Part shown: in pieces, positions 18,721-28,847 of the stretch
How the letters are laid out: each line of letters starts with the position of its first letter
How positions within the stretch are numbered: position 1 is the stretch's first letter
From: Candidatus Latescibacterota bacterium
Lineage (GTDB): Bacteria > Latescibacterota > UBA2968 > GCA-2709665
Direction: 5' to 3'
DNA length: 64,000 nucleotides
Assembly (NCBI GenBank): GCA_963662665.2
Contig: CAXXJS010000010.1
Span: forward strand, 32,001 to 96,000
Made by a program: the position numbers and the translations under genes
The notes under the pieces: generated by a model
What the model saw: only the letters and a program-made list of their open reading frames with translations
Told to the model about the DNA's origin: nothing
The model's database searches: none

Positions 18721-20190
18721 ATGCGGCTGGTCGACTTCACTTACCGGATTCAAGAGGTACAATGGCTTCATACGGGCGATCCGTGGGTTACGGGTCTGGC
18801 CACGGACTCGAGGAAGGTTCGACCGGGCGACCTGTTCGTTGCCATACGAGGCGGGCAGATTGAGGACCGGCACGCATTTGTTCCGCAGGCCGTGGCCGCG
18901 GGGGCCGTGGCGGTGGTGGTTGAAGAGCCTGTCGAGGCGGAGGTTGCGGCCATCCGGGTACCGTCCACGCGAAAGGCGCTGGGCGAATTCGCGGATCATT
19001 TCTACGGGTCGCCTTCGCGTAGACTGCGGATGGTGGGGGTAACGGGGACCAACGGCAAGACCACGACGGCAATGCTGATACAGGCGTCACTGGAGGCGGC
19101 CGTTGGGGTCTGCGGATTGCTCGGGACGATTGAATACCGGCTGGGCGATCGTCGGGTGCCGTCGTTCATCGGAACGCCGGAAGCACACGATCTACAGCGG
19201 CTGTTGAAGGAGATGACGGACAACGGCTGCGCTTCCGCCGTAATGGAAGTAACGTCGCACGGATTGGCATTGGACCGCGTACACGGCATCGAATTCGACA
19301 CGGCCGTTTTTACCAATTTTTCGCGGGACCATTTGGATTTTCACGAATCGTTGGAATCCTATCTGGCCGCCAAAAAGCTGCTCTTTGACAACTTGAATCG
19401 GGATGCGCACGCGGTGGTCAACGCGGACGACCCGACGACCGATCGCCTTTTGCGCGACTGCCGCGCTCGGGTGGTGTCCTTCGGTCGTTCGCCGGCGGCC
19501 GATGTGAGAATCACGAACGCGAATGCGGACGGTTGCGGGACACGGATGAATCTGGAAACGCACCGTGGAACCCTGCAACTTGAGCTGGCGCTTCGGGGCC
19601 ATTTCCATCAAATGAACGCGGCGGCGGCAATTGCCGCGGGGTTGGCGATGGACGTGGACGCAGAGTTGATTGCTGCGGCCATCCGGGACGTGCAGGTGCG
19701 TGGTCGATTTGAAAGCGTGCACGAAGGACAGGATTTCGGCGTGATTGTGGATTATGCACATACTCCCGATGCGCTCGAAAACGTCTTGTGCGCGGCACGT
19801 GAGTTTACGGAAGGCCATTTGATCTGTGTGTTTGGATGCGGGGGTGATCGAGACCGCGGCAAGCGGCCTGAGATGGGCCGGATTTCCGCAGAGATGTCCG
19901 ATCTGACGGTTGTAACGTCAGACAATCCCAGGACCGAAGACCCGGAGTCGATTCTCAGAGACATAACGGCGGGTGTTGGCCGTGCGGAACACCGTGTCGA
20001 AGTTGATCGGCGAAAGGCGATATCGCTGGGCATCGGACAGGCGTCGGCCGGCGACCTGGTCGTTATTGCGGGCAAGGGACACGAGGATTACCAGGATATC
20101 GGTGGTAAGAAGGTTCACTTTGACGATAGGCAGGTGGCGCGGGACGTCCTTCGGGGTGCGTCCAGTCCACTTCAGGATCCTCGAAGCTGA
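18721..20190 (+). CDS. murE: UDP-MurNAc-dipeptide--meso-DAP ligase
   Basis: GVTGTNGKTT, DYAHTPD, DNPR (DAP-type), AGKGHE. Confidence 0.96.
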   Translation: MRLVDFTYRIQEVQWLHTGDPWVTGLATDSRKVRPGDLFVAIRGGQIEDRHAFVPQAVAAGAVAVVVEEPVEAEVAAIRVPSTRKALGEFADHFYGSPSRRLRMVGVTGTNGKTTTAMLIQASLEAAVGVCGLLGTIEYRLGDRRVPSFIGTPEAHDLQRLLKEMTDNGCASAVMEVTSHGLALDRVHGIEFDTAVFTNFSRDHLDFHESLESYLAAKKLLFDNLNRDAHAVVNADDPTTDRLLRDCRARVVSFGRSPAADVRITNANADGCGTRMNLETHRGTLQLELALRGHFHQMNAAAAIAAGLAMDVDAELIAAAIRDVQVRGRFESVHEGQDFGVIVDYAHTPDALENVLCAAREFTEGHLICVFGCGGDRDRGKRPEMGRISAEMSDLTVVTSDNPRTEDPESILRDITAGVGRAEHRVEVDRRKAISLGIGQASAGDLVVIAGKGHEDYQDIGGKKVHFDDRQVARDVLRGASSPLQDPRS

Positions 20191-20230
20191 TGAATCCTGG
20201 AAGCGAAAGTCGTCAGCTGGAACGCGCAAT

Positions 20231-21655
20231 ATGGACGGAATGACACTGGCGGAAGCGGCCGATGCAATGGGCGGAGAGCTGGTTGGAGCGGTTGACTCGG
20301 CAATTTGTCCGACGGGTGGGTGCATCGATACGCGGGTGTTGAATGCAGGGGAGTTGTTCTTCGCGCTCGAGGGAGAACGCGCCAACGGAAAGCGAGACGG
20401 GCATGAATTCGCGGGCGATTCCCTGAAAAGGGGCGCATCCGCGGCTGTTGTTTCGCGGAAATGGGCCGATGATCGAAATTCCCGCAGCCCGTCGGGGACC
20501 CTGATCGTGGTTGAAAACCCGGGCCTTGCGCTGGGCGTTCTGGGCAGGGTTTACCGCCGGCGATTTCAGATTCCGGTTGTGGCCGTTACGGGCAGCAGCG
20601 GAAAAACAACCACCAAGGATATGGCTGCCGCCGTGCTGAGCACCCGTTACCGGGTGCTGGCTACGGAAGGCAATTTAAACAACTGGCTTGGGGTTCCGCT
20701 GACGCTGCTGCGGCTTTCAAACGCCCACGAAGCCGCGGTTGTTGAAATGGGCATCAGCGAACACGGCGGACTGAAATACTTGTGTGAAATCGCGGATCCG
20801 ACGATCGGTGTCATTACAAATATCGGACCAGCACATCTCGAGTTTTTAGGCTCTGTAGAGGGGGTGGCTAAAGCCAAAGGGGAACTCCTGGATTATCTAG
20901 AAGAGTCTTCAATGGCTATCTTGAACCTCGATGACCTGTTCGTGTCACAGGAGCGAGCAAGACTAAAGGGGAGACTCCTGGGCTTTGGTATCGAGAAGAT
21001 ATGTCAGTTTCGTGGGGAGGGACTTGTCATAGACCAGGAGGGCTGCGGTCACTTCTCTCTGCAGGGCCGTTTTTTTCATCTTGTTGTACCCGGCCGGCAT
21101 CAGGTTTACAACGCACTGGCCGCGGCGGCGGTCGGCACGGCCCTGGATGTGCCGGTCGACCAGGCCGCGAAAGCCCTTGGCGCGTTTCGACCTTCAAGGC
21201 TGCGGGGCCAGGTGGTCGAGCAGAATGGAATCCGGCTGTTGAACGATTCGTACAATGCCAACCCCGATTCGATGCGGGCGGCTCTTGAAACGCTGGCGCA
21301 AATGACCGGGACCGGGGGCGGCCGGAGGGTGGCCGTGCTGGGGGATATGCTGGAACTGGGCACATCCGCGATACAGGACCACAGGCGCCTGGGCAGGCTT
21401 GCCGCCAGACTCGGAATGGACGCCATTTTCGCACTCGGTGACATGTCGGGTCACGTATGCGAAGGAGGTATATCGGGCGGCCTGCCCCCCGAAAGGTCGA
21501 GGGCATTCAATGACCGTGCATCCCTGGTGGCTGAACTCAAGGAATATCTCAGACCGGGCGACCTGGTGCTTATGAAGGGGTCTCGCGGCCTGTCGATGGA
21601 GACGACCGCGGAAGCACTGGGGTTTAGATTAAAACCGGGAGATTCAGCCGGCTGA
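20231..21655 (+). CDS. murF: UDP-MurNAc-tripeptide--D-Ala-D-Ala ligase
   Basis: TGSSGKTTTK, NLNN..GVP, DSYNANP, GDMLELG, KGSRG. Confidence 0.96.
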   Translation: MDGMTLAEAADAMGGELVGAVDSAICPTGGCIDTRVLNAGELFFALEGERANGKRDGHEFAGDSLKRGASAAVVSRKWADDRNSRSPSGTLIVVENPGLALGVLGRVYRRRFQIPVVAVTGSSGKTTTKDMAAAVLSTRYRVLATEGNLNNWLGVPLTLLRLSNAHEAAVVEMGISEHGGLKYLCEIADPTIGVITNIGPAHLEFLGSVEGVAKAKGELLDYLEESSMAILNLDDLFVSQERARLKGRLLGFGIEKICQFRGEGLVIDQEGCGHFSLQGRFFHLVVPGRHQVYNALAAAAVGTALDVPVDQAAKALGAFRPSRLRGQVVEQNGIRLLNDSYNANPDSMRAALETLAQMTGTGGGRRVAVLGDMLELGTSAIQDHRRLGRLAARLGMDAIFALGDMSGHVCEGGISGGLPPERSRAFNDRASLVAELKEYLRPGDLVLMKGSRGLSMETTAEALGFRLKPGDSAG

Positions 21656-21784
21656 TGAAGTGATGATTTGATGGCCATCGACGGTCCTGTGCGTCTGACT
21701 TTTCGTTCTCTTTCGCAATCCCTGACCTGGAAGTTCAATCTTGAGATGCCGTTTCGGGATCTTTTTCTCAATAAGCTGGAACAT

Positions 21785-22960
21785 ATGGCGACCGGCGGAA
21801 CAGAACGGCAGACTTATCTGCTGATGTTGCTGGTGATCGGGCTGGTGGGATTCGGCCTTGTAATGGTGTATAGCGCCAGCACGGCACTGGGTCACGTGCG
21901 GTTTGAGAGCGGCCACTTTTTCCTGAAGCGGTGGGCGTTGCGCACCGTGGTCGGTCTCGTGGCGATGGTTCTGATTATGCGGGTGGACTATCGATTCTGG
22001 GCGCGTTTTGCCCGCGTCCTTCTGGCCATCGGTTTCCTGGGATTGGCTGTTGTGCTGGTTTTTAAGCTCGCAGGCTTCGGTAAGGTGCGCGGCGCTTATC
22101 GATGGATTCCGTTACCGGGCGGCACCCTCCAGCCTTCGGATCTGATGCGCCTCGCATTGGTGGTTTATCTGGCGGAGTCTTTGAGCAGACGCCAGGGGCT
22201 TGTGAAGGATCTCGTACAGGGTTACCTCCCACATATTGCCATCGTCGGCGTTGCGATGGGAATGGTTATGCTCCAGCCTGATCTCGGGACGGCTCTGGCG
22301 ATCGGATTGACATGCACGCTGATGTTATATCTGGCCGGCGTACGAGTCAAGCACCTTGCCGTTACCGGGGCGGCTTTGCTGCCGTTGTTGTATATCGTCG
22401 TATTTGTTCTGGGATATCGGAAGGAACGGATGATGACGTTTTTCAGTCCGTCCGACGACGCCCAGGGCGCCGGATACCACGTAATGCAGTCTCTGCTGGC
22501 GCTGGGAAGCGGAGGCTGGACCGGATTGGGGCTGGGGCAGAGCCTGCAGAAATATTTCTTTCTTCCGGAGCCACATACTGACTTTGTATTCAGTATCGTC
22601 GGCGAAGAGTTGGGGCTGGTCGGCACGGCCGGCCTGGTGATTTGCTTTCTCATATTTGGCAGGTGCGGTTTTCAGATTGCCCGCCGCGCGCCGGATCTGC
22701 ACGGATTCTTCCTGGCCACGGGAATAACGTTTATGATTCTGGTCTATGCGTTTGTGAATATGGGTGTCTGCACCGGATTGATACCGGCCACAGGGCTTCC
22801 ACTGCCCTTTATCAGTTACGGCGGATCGTCACTGCTCTTCACGCTGCTTGCCGTTGGCATTCTAATCAACATCGGGCGGTGCGGCGCGGCCGACCCCGGA
22901 ACGCTTCCCCAACGAACCGGTACCGTCAGAATGTACCGGACAGGAGATCGCAGATTCTGA
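21785..22960 (+). CDS. ftsW: SEDS peptidoglycan polymerase FtsW
   Basis: MVYSAS, GAYRWI, QPDLG, LPEPHTDF, LPFISYGGSS. Confidence 0.95.
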   Translation: MATGGTERQTYLLMLLVIGLVGFGLVMVYSASTALGHVRFESGHFFLKRWALRTVVGLVAMVLIMRVDYRFWARFARVLLAIGFLGLAVVLVFKLAGFGKVRGAYRWIPLPGGTLQPSDLMRLALVVYLAESLSRRQGLVKDLVQGYLPHIAIVGVAMGMVMLQPDLGTALAIGLTCTLMLYLAGVRVKHLAVTGAALLPLLYIVVFVLGYRKERMMTFFSPSDDAQGAGYHVMQSLLALGSGGWTGLGLGQSLQKYFFLPEPHTDFVFSIVGEELGLVGTAGLVICFLIFGRCGFQIARRAPDLHGFFLATGITFMILVYAFVNMGVCTGLIPATGLPLPFISYGGSSLLFTLLAVGILINIGRCGAADPGTLPQRTGTVRMYRTGDRRF

Positions 22961-24066
22961 TGCCGTTACGTCTGTTGTTTGCCGTAACCCTTACCGGCGG
23001 CCACACGGTACCCGCGCTGGGCGTGGCGGCCGCGGTTCGTAAGCGTTACCCTGACACGGTAATCCGATTCGTCGGTATTGCTCGAGGCGTTGAAGCCAGG
23101 CTGATTCCACGAGAGGGATTTGTCCTTGAGACCCTGCCGGTTATAGGCCTGAAGCGCCGTCTGCATCTCAACCTGCTGCAATTTCCATGGACGCTTATGA
23201 GAGGCGTCTATACCGCCTTTCGCATCCTGCTGGCGTACAATCCTCATGCGGTGATCTGTACCGGAGGGCACGTCAGCGGCCCGGTGGGGGTTGCCGCGCG
23301 GATGCTTGGTATTCCGCTGGTTCTGCACGAGTCGAATAACCTTCCGGGTCTTACCGTTCGCCTGCTGTCCCGTGCAGCCAGGCAGGTTTTTCTGGCATTC
23401 GAGGGGGCAAAGCGCCGCGTGGGCGGGCGGGAGAAGCTTGTTGTTGGCAACCCGATCCGGGAAGGATGGAGACGCGTTGACAGGATCGAGGCGCGCCGGC
23501 GGTTCGGGCTGGCCGTTGACCGGGTCACTCTGTTCGTCACGGGAGCCAGCCAGGGATCATTGGGAATCAATCGGGCCGTGGCGGCGGCACTACCGGTATT
23601 GACGGAACGTGGCTATCAGATTCTGTGGCAGACCGGTAAGGTGGGCTACGAGGCAGCGGCAGCAGCCGCACGCGCCTGCGGAGACCGCGTTGTCGTCAGG
23701 GACTTTATCGACGATATGGCGGTGGCTTACAGTGCGGCCGACCTCGCGTTGACCAGGGCGGGCGCCATAACTGTGACGGAAGTGACACAACTGGGTGTCC
23801 CTGCGTTGATGGTGCCGTTGCCACTGGCGGCCGAGAACCATCAGGAATTCAATGCACGGGCGGTGGTTCAAGCGGGAGCCGCGCGGATGGTGCATGAATC
23901 GGAACTGAGCGCGGAAAGGCTCGTCCAGGAAGTGTCCGTGCTGGTTGATTCGAACGGCCTTCTTTCGGATATGGCCCGTCGCAGCCGCGCGCTGGCCGTT
24001 CCGGACGCGGCTGAGCGGATGGTTGCCGAAATGGCGCGACGTGGACTTCTGCGCGGTGGGGATTAA
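22960..24066 (+). CDS. murG: Lipid I GlcNAc transferase MurG
   Basis: TGGH, GGHVSGP, GNP, GASQG, RAGA, HQEFNA; synteny. Confidence 0.93.
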   Translation: MPLRLLFAVTLTGGHTVPALGVAAAVRKRYPDTVIRFVGIARGVEARLIPREGFVLETLPVIGLKRRLHLNLLQFPWTLMRGVYTAFRILLAYNPHAVICTGGHVSGPVGVAARMLGIPLVLHESNNLPGLTVRLLSRAARQVFLAFEGAKRRVGGREKLVVGNPIREGWRRVDRIEARRRFGLAVDRVTLFVTGASQGSLGINRAVAAALPVLTERGYQILWQTGKVGYEAAAAAARACGDRVVVRDFIDDMAVAYSAADLALTRAGAITVTEVTQLGVPALMVPLPLAAENHQEFNARAVVQAGAARMVHESELSAERLVQEVSVLVDSNGLLSDMARRSRALAVPDAAERMVAEMARRGLLRGGD

Positions 24067-24080
24067 AGGACGGATGCCGC

Positions 24081-25469
24081 ATGGTGAAATTGAAACCGGG
24101 TTGCCGGGTTCATTTTGTGGGCATCGGGGGCGTGGGAATGAGCGCGGTCGCGGAGCTGCTGTTTCAGCAGGAATGCGTTGTTACCGGATCGGACCGCGAG
24201 GCGTCCGCACTGACCGACCGGTTGGGGCTGCTGGGAGTTCCGGTACAAATCGGACACACGGTGGATGCCGTAAGAAATGTTGACCTGGTTGTGTACACAC
24301 CAGCTGCGGGACCGGAGAATCCGGAGTTGGCGGAAGCCCGGTCCAAAGGGATTCCAACGATCAAGAGGGCTGCCATTTTGGGGCAGTTGACGGCAGGGCG
24401 CCGGGTTGTCGGGGTGGCCGGTACCCACGGGAAAACGACAACGACGGCTATGGTCGGCGGGGTTCTCGACGCCGCGGGTCTGGACCCCACCGTGCTGGTT
24501 GGAGGGATCGTCCGGGGACCGGAGACAAACTTGCGGCCGGGCTCACGGGCAATTTGGGCGGTCGAGGCCGATGAATTCGACAGTTCCTTTCTGACCTTGC
24601 GTCCGGAGGTCGCAGTGGTGACTTCGCTCGAGGCGGATCATCTGGACAGCTACGGAGACATGAAGAGCCTCGTTTGTGCGTTTCAGCAGTTTCTGGAACA
24701 GACAAGCCGTTGTGCGGTGATGGCCTCCGATGGACCGCTGGTGCGGAGACTGAACCCGGGGCATCTTGAAATATTTCCGTATGGCCTGAAGGAGGAAACA
24801 GGGATTTCAGCACGATCCGTCCGTCCCGATGGCCACGGAAGTCGGTTTCGCGCGGTCGAGGGCAGAAAACCACTTGGCGACGTTGTCCTCAGGGTTCCCG
24901 GCCGGCACAATGTGAGCAATGCGCTGGCAGCGGTGGGTGTGGGCCTGGCGATGGAACTCCCCTGGAAGGCAATACGGTCCGGACTGGAAGACTTCCGGGG
25001 CGTGCGACGTCGTCTGGAAGTACTCGGTGATCCGGGCGGTGTGCGGATTGTAAACGACTACGCCCATCATCCTACCGAGGTCCGCGCCGCGCTGGAAACC
25101 ATCAGAGACGGATGGGCGGGCCGTCTGGTGGCTGTTTTCCAGCCCCATCTGTATTCCAGAACCAGGGATTTCGCCGTTGAATTCGGGAGGGTCTTGAGTG
25201 AAGCCGATCAGGTCTGGGTCGCCGACGTCTACGCCGCTCGCGAAGATGCCATTCCCGGTGTGACCGGTGAGATGGTGGCGCGCCAGGTACGGAATGCCGG
25301 CTGTTCCGAAGTACACTGTGTCGCGGGCCTGGACGATCTCGAGACTCGCCTTTCAGAAGCGGTTGCGCCCGGCGACCTCGTGTTGGTGATGGGCGCCGGC
25401 AACGTGGAGCAGGTTGCGTTTGGACTGAAACACCGGCTGTCCGAGGGAGCGCTACGGGCCAATGCCTGA
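24081..25469 (+). CDS. murC: UDP-MurNAc--L-alanine ligase
   Basis: HFVGIGGVGMS, GTHGKTTT, EADEFD, DYAHHPTE, FQPHLYSRT. Confidence 0.96.
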   Translation: MVKLKPGCRVHFVGIGGVGMSAVAELLFQQECVVTGSDREASALTDRLGLLGVPVQIGHTVDAVRNVDLVVYTPAAGPENPELAEARSKGIPTIKRAAILGQLTAGRRVVGVAGTHGKTTTTAMVGGVLDAAGLDPTVLVGGIVRGPETNLRPGSRAIWAVEADEFDSSFLTLRPEVAVVTSLEADHLDSYGDMKSLVCAFQQFLEQTSRCAVMASDGPLVRRLNPGHLEIFPYGLKEETGISARSVRPDGHGSRFRAVEGRKPLGDVVLRVPGRHNVSNALAAVGVGLAMELPWKAIRSGLEDFRGVRRRLEVLGDPGGVRIVNDYAHHPTEVRAALETIRDGWAGRLVAVFQPHLYSRTRDFAVEFGRVLSEADQVWVADVYAAREDAIPGVTGEMVARQVRNAGCSEVHCVAGLDDLETRLSEAVAPGDLVLVMGAGNVEQVAFGLKHRLSEGALRANA

Positions 25470-26400
25470 TGCTTCAAAGCGGGATTCGCTCGCCCGTGAA
25501 ATTCGCGCACGCTGCAGGGGCGACCTTCTGGTTGACGAACCCTTGAAGAAGCATACCCATTTTGGTTTGGGTGGCGCCGCGGATCTGTTTTTCCGGCCCA
25601 TGGACCTGGACGATCTGACTACCGCGGTGCCGTTCGTTCTGGACTCCGACCTGCAGGTGTTACCTCTGGGCGGCGGAACCAATATGCTGGTGGGCGATGC
25701 AGGTTTCAGGGGGCTCGTAATCTGTTTGACCCGCGGACTTGCGGGAATGGCGGTTGAATCGGACCAGGGCGTCGCGCAGGCGGGTGCGAGCCTTCAGGTG
25801 TTTTCCAGACGCTGCCAGCGTGCGGGCCGGGCCGGGATGGAGTTCGGCTGCGGAATTCCCGGTACCGTAGGCGGCGCAATCCGGGGTAACGCGGGCGCGT
25901 GGGGGGGGCAGATTATGGAGCGGACGGCCTGGTTGAGAGGCGTGGACCTCCGGTCGGGTCAGACGCTGGAATTGCGGAAAACGTCGATAGCTTTCTCCTA
26001 CCGCCACACGGATCTTCCGGATGGATTTCTGATCGTGGAGGCGGGGTTCTATCTGGAAGAGGACGATCCTGTGAAGGTGCAGACACGCATGGATGAAATG
26101 CTGGCGCAGCGAAGAAGCTCCCAGCCGTTGTGGGAGCGCAACGCCGGCTGCATCTTCAAGAACCCGCCGGGCGCGTCGGCGGGGCTGCTCATCGACAAAG
26201 CCGGTTGCAAGGGTCTATCCGTGGGCGACGTCGAAGTCTCGGACGTACATGCGAATTTCATCGTGAATCGGGGCCGCGGCACGGCGGCGGACGTGCTCTC
26301 ACTGGTCCGGAAGGTTCAGGAAAGAGTACACAAGGCTTTCGGTATCGAAATGAAAATGGAAGTTCGGGTGGTCGGCGAGCGGGGAATCGAGACCCCGTAG
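25462..26400 (+). CDS. murB: UDP-N-acetylenolpyruvoylglucosamine reductase
   Basis: GGGTN, GIPGTVGGA..NAGA, GCIFKNP, HANFIVN. Confidence 0.95.
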   Translation: MPDASKRDSLAREIRARCRGDLLVDEPLKKHTHFGLGGAADLFFRPMDLDDLTTAVPFVLDSDLQVLPLGGGTNMLVGDAGFRGLVICLTRGLAGMAVESDQGVAQAGASLQVFSRRCQRAGRAGMEFGCGIPGTVGGAIRGNAGAWGGQIMERTAWLRGVDLRSGQTLELRKTSIAFSYRHTDLPDGFLIVEAGFYLEEDDPVKVQTRMDEMLAQRRSSQPLWERNAGCIFKNPPGASAGLLIDKAGCKGLSVGDVEVSDVHANFIVNRGRGTAADVLSLVRKVQERVHKAFGIEMKMEVRVVGERGIETP

Positions 26401-26495
26401 GCGATGGGTCCGGTTAACGAACTCACCCTTGTGGCGGCTTTTCGGAACGTGTATGCCCAGCGCGTCCGGCCGATACTTGAAACGACGGAGGTCAA

Positions 26496-27290
26496 ATGTC
26501 CAATCATCGACCGATCTATTCCCGAACCCAGGAAAGGGAGCGGATTCCCTGGGTAGAGCCCGAACCCCGATCGCCGGCTCGCATATTGCGGTGGATCGTC
26601 GTTCTGGCGCTTGTCGGACTGCTGCTGTTCGGCATTCAGAACGCATATTCGTCATTCACCGACTCCGACCTTTTTCGGCTGGACCACATAAACGTGGTGG
26701 GCAACCTGCTGTTGAAGAAGAGCGAGGTAGCGGTTATTTCCGGTCTCGAGATTGGCGTCAACCTCTTTGCGGCCGATCTCAATGCGGCGACAAGGCGTCT
26801 GGTGGCCGATCCGACGATAAAGGACGCATTGTTGCTGAGGCAACCGCCGGGCGGGCTGCTCATCGAACTGCGGGAGAGGCGTCCGCTTGCGCTGGCGGCA
26901 ACGTCGGAAGGCCTGGTCGGTCTAGACGGGGAAGGCGTGCTTTTTCCGCTCCCGCAGGTCCGGATTGACCTGCCGGTCGTGACGGGCATTGAAGCGGCCG
27001 CGGACTCACCCGGGGTCTACCGGCTTTCCAGCCTTGTATCGTTCCTGGAACAGCTGCACTCAAAGGCGCCGGCGTTTCTGGATGAAGTCTCCGAAATACA
27101 CCTGGTGTCCGTCACTGAGGCCCGGATCCATCTCGTGGGAGATGGGTTGACACTTCGCATGCGACTTGAAGGTGCGATCGACCAGGTCCGGCGTTTTAAT
27201 GCGTTTGTAAAGGCGGGAGCGCACAGGAATCAGACGCCGGTTTACATTGACCTCCGGTTCTCGAATCAGGTCGTTGTGGGGACAGGTTGA
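26496..27290 (+). CDS. ftsQ: Cell division protein FtsQ
   Basis: TM helix, POTRA domain, YIDLRF C-terminus. Confidence 0.9.
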   Translation: MSNHRPIYSRTQERERIPWVEPEPRSPARILRWIVVLALVGLLLFGIQNAYSSFTDSDLFRLDHINVVGNLLLKKSEVAVISGLEIGVNLFAADLNAATRRLVADPTIKDALLLRQPPGGLLIELRERRPLALAATSEGLVGLDGEGVLFPLPQVRIDLPVVTGIEAAADSPGVYRLSSLVSFLEQLHSKAPAFLDEVSEIHLVSVTEARIHLVGDGLTLRMRLEGAIDQVRRFNAFVKAGAHRNQTPVYIDLRFSNQVVVGTG

Positions 27291-27451
27291 CCGTCTGCAG
27301 ATAGAGTCGATCCTAAGGCGAGGCGCGCGACCCCGTCGAACCGGGGGAATCGGCGAGGGAGCGTAACGCGGTAATTCGGACACCAGAACCGGCCTGCCTG
27401 CTGAAGCATGCGGGGCAGGCCGCAGCCCGGACGGGCTTTTTCAACGGGTTG
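27291..27451 (+). mobile_element. MITE-like repeat, copy 2 (ftsQ-ftsA spacer)
   Basis: Shares GGTAATTC, GCTGAAGCATGCG and GGGCTTTTTCAACGGG with 353-508; left end degenerate. Confidence 0.65.
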
Positions 27452-27512
27452 TCAGAGGTTTCGCAAACCCGTACCCGGCACCTGTTCGGCAGTTGTCGGA
27501 AAGGAAGTGAGG

Positions 27513-28748
27513 ATGGCCAAAGGGGATCAGATCATCGGGATGGATATTGGAACGACCAAGATCTGCGTGGTCGTGGCGGAGGTGGAAGAAGACAATCATC
27601 TCAAGATTACCGGGATCGGCACAAGCCCGTCCAACGGGCTGAAACGCGGGGTCGTGGTAAACGTGGCTCAAACCGTCCAATCCATCCAACGCGCCGTCGA
27701 AGAAGCCGAACAGGCTTCGGACGTACGTATCGGGACGGTTTACGCAGGCATTGCCGGTGATCACATTCGCAGCCTGAATTGCCGAGGTGTAATCGCGGTA
27801 TCCGGAGCCGATAACGAAATTACCGCTCAGGATGAAGCCCGTGTGATCGAAACCGCAAAAGCGGTTTCGATTCCCATGGACCGGGAAATAATCCACGTAT
27901 TGCCCCAATCGTTCGTGGTGGACGACCAGCCGGGTGTCAAGAACCCGATCGGTATGTCGGGCGTGCGCCTCGAAGCCGACGTGCATATGGTGACTGGCGC
28001 CGTGACGTCGGCACAGAATATATGCAAGAGTATCCGAAGGGCAGGGGTAGAGGTCGTGGATCTCGTGCTGGAGCCCCTGGCATCCAGCTACGCCGTCCTG
28101 TCACCCGAAGAAGAGGAAATGGGGGTAACGCTGGTCGACATTGGCGGTGGCACAACCGACGTCGCGGTATTCTACGACGGGAGCATTCGGCATACGGCAG
28201 TCGTGGGGCTCGGCGGTGAAAATGTAACCAATGATATTTCAATCGGATTGCGAACGCCGCTACGCCAGGCGGAAAGCATCAAGCGTTCACGCGGCTGTTC
28301 GTCGCGCTCGTTGGTCGAGAAGGACGAGACCATTCAAGTACCGGGAATCGGCGGCCGGCCGTCCTACGAAGTACCGCGGGAGGAACTGTCTTCGATTATC
28401 GAAGCACGCATGGAGGAAATTTTCGCTCTGGTACATCGGGAAATCCGCAGGACCGAATTCGCCGACATGCTGGCGGCGGGCGTCGTCATTACCGGCGGCG
28501 GATCGATGCTCGAAGGGGCGGCGGAACTCGCGGAGGAGGTGTTTGGAATGCCGGTAAGCGTCGGCAACCCGAACGGCGTAACCGGCCTGTCGGACGATGT
28601 CATCGCGCCCATTTACGCAACCGGGGTGGGCCTGGTGAAATTCGGCCTGCGGCAAGAGGAAAACGGCGGGGCGTTGAGGGTGGGCGGCAATAACTCGTTC
28701 GGATCTGTTCTTGGCAGGATGAGGGCGTGGGTGAAGGACTTCTTTTAA
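27513..28748 (+). CDS. ftsA: Cell division protein FtsA
   Basis: DIGTTK, DIGGGTTD, TGGGS, C-terminal amphipathic WVKDFF. Confidence 0.97.
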   Translation: MAKGDQIIGMDIGTTKICVVVAEVEEDNHLKITGIGTSPSNGLKRGVVVNVAQTVQSIQRAVEEAEQASDVRIGTVYAGIAGDHIRSLNCRGVIAVSGADNEITAQDEARVIETAKAVSIPMDREIIHVLPQSFVVDDQPGVKNPIGMSGVRLEADVHMVTGAVTSAQNICKSIRRAGVEVVDLVLEPLASSYAVLSPEEEEMGVTLVDIGGGTTDVAVFYDGSIRHTAVVGLGGENVTNDISIGLRTPLRQAESIKRSRGCSSRSLVEKDETIQVPGIGGRPSYEVPREELSSIIEARMEEIFALVHREIRRTEFADMLAAGVVITGGGSMLEGAAELAEEVFGMPVSVGNPNGVTGLSDDVIAPIYATGVGLVKFGLRQEENGGALRVGGNNSFGSVLGRMRAWVKDFF

Positions 28749-28759
28749 TGCGAACGGCG

Positions 28760-28801
28760 GCCGGGCCGGCCGTAGCCCGGATGGGCTTTTTCAACGGGCT
28801 G
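28760..28801 (+). repeat. Truncated MITE-like repeat, copy 3 (ftsA-ftsZ spacer)
   Basis: GTAGCCCGGATGGGCTTTTTCAACGGGCTG right end only. Confidence 0.65.
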
Positions 28802-28847
28802 TTACGAGTTTACCCGTTCCACAACGCGAATTGACAGGAGAAGCTAA

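Noticed and set aside
21656-21784. mraY or murD pseudogene fragment
   Set aside because: No matching motifs recognised in the spacer.
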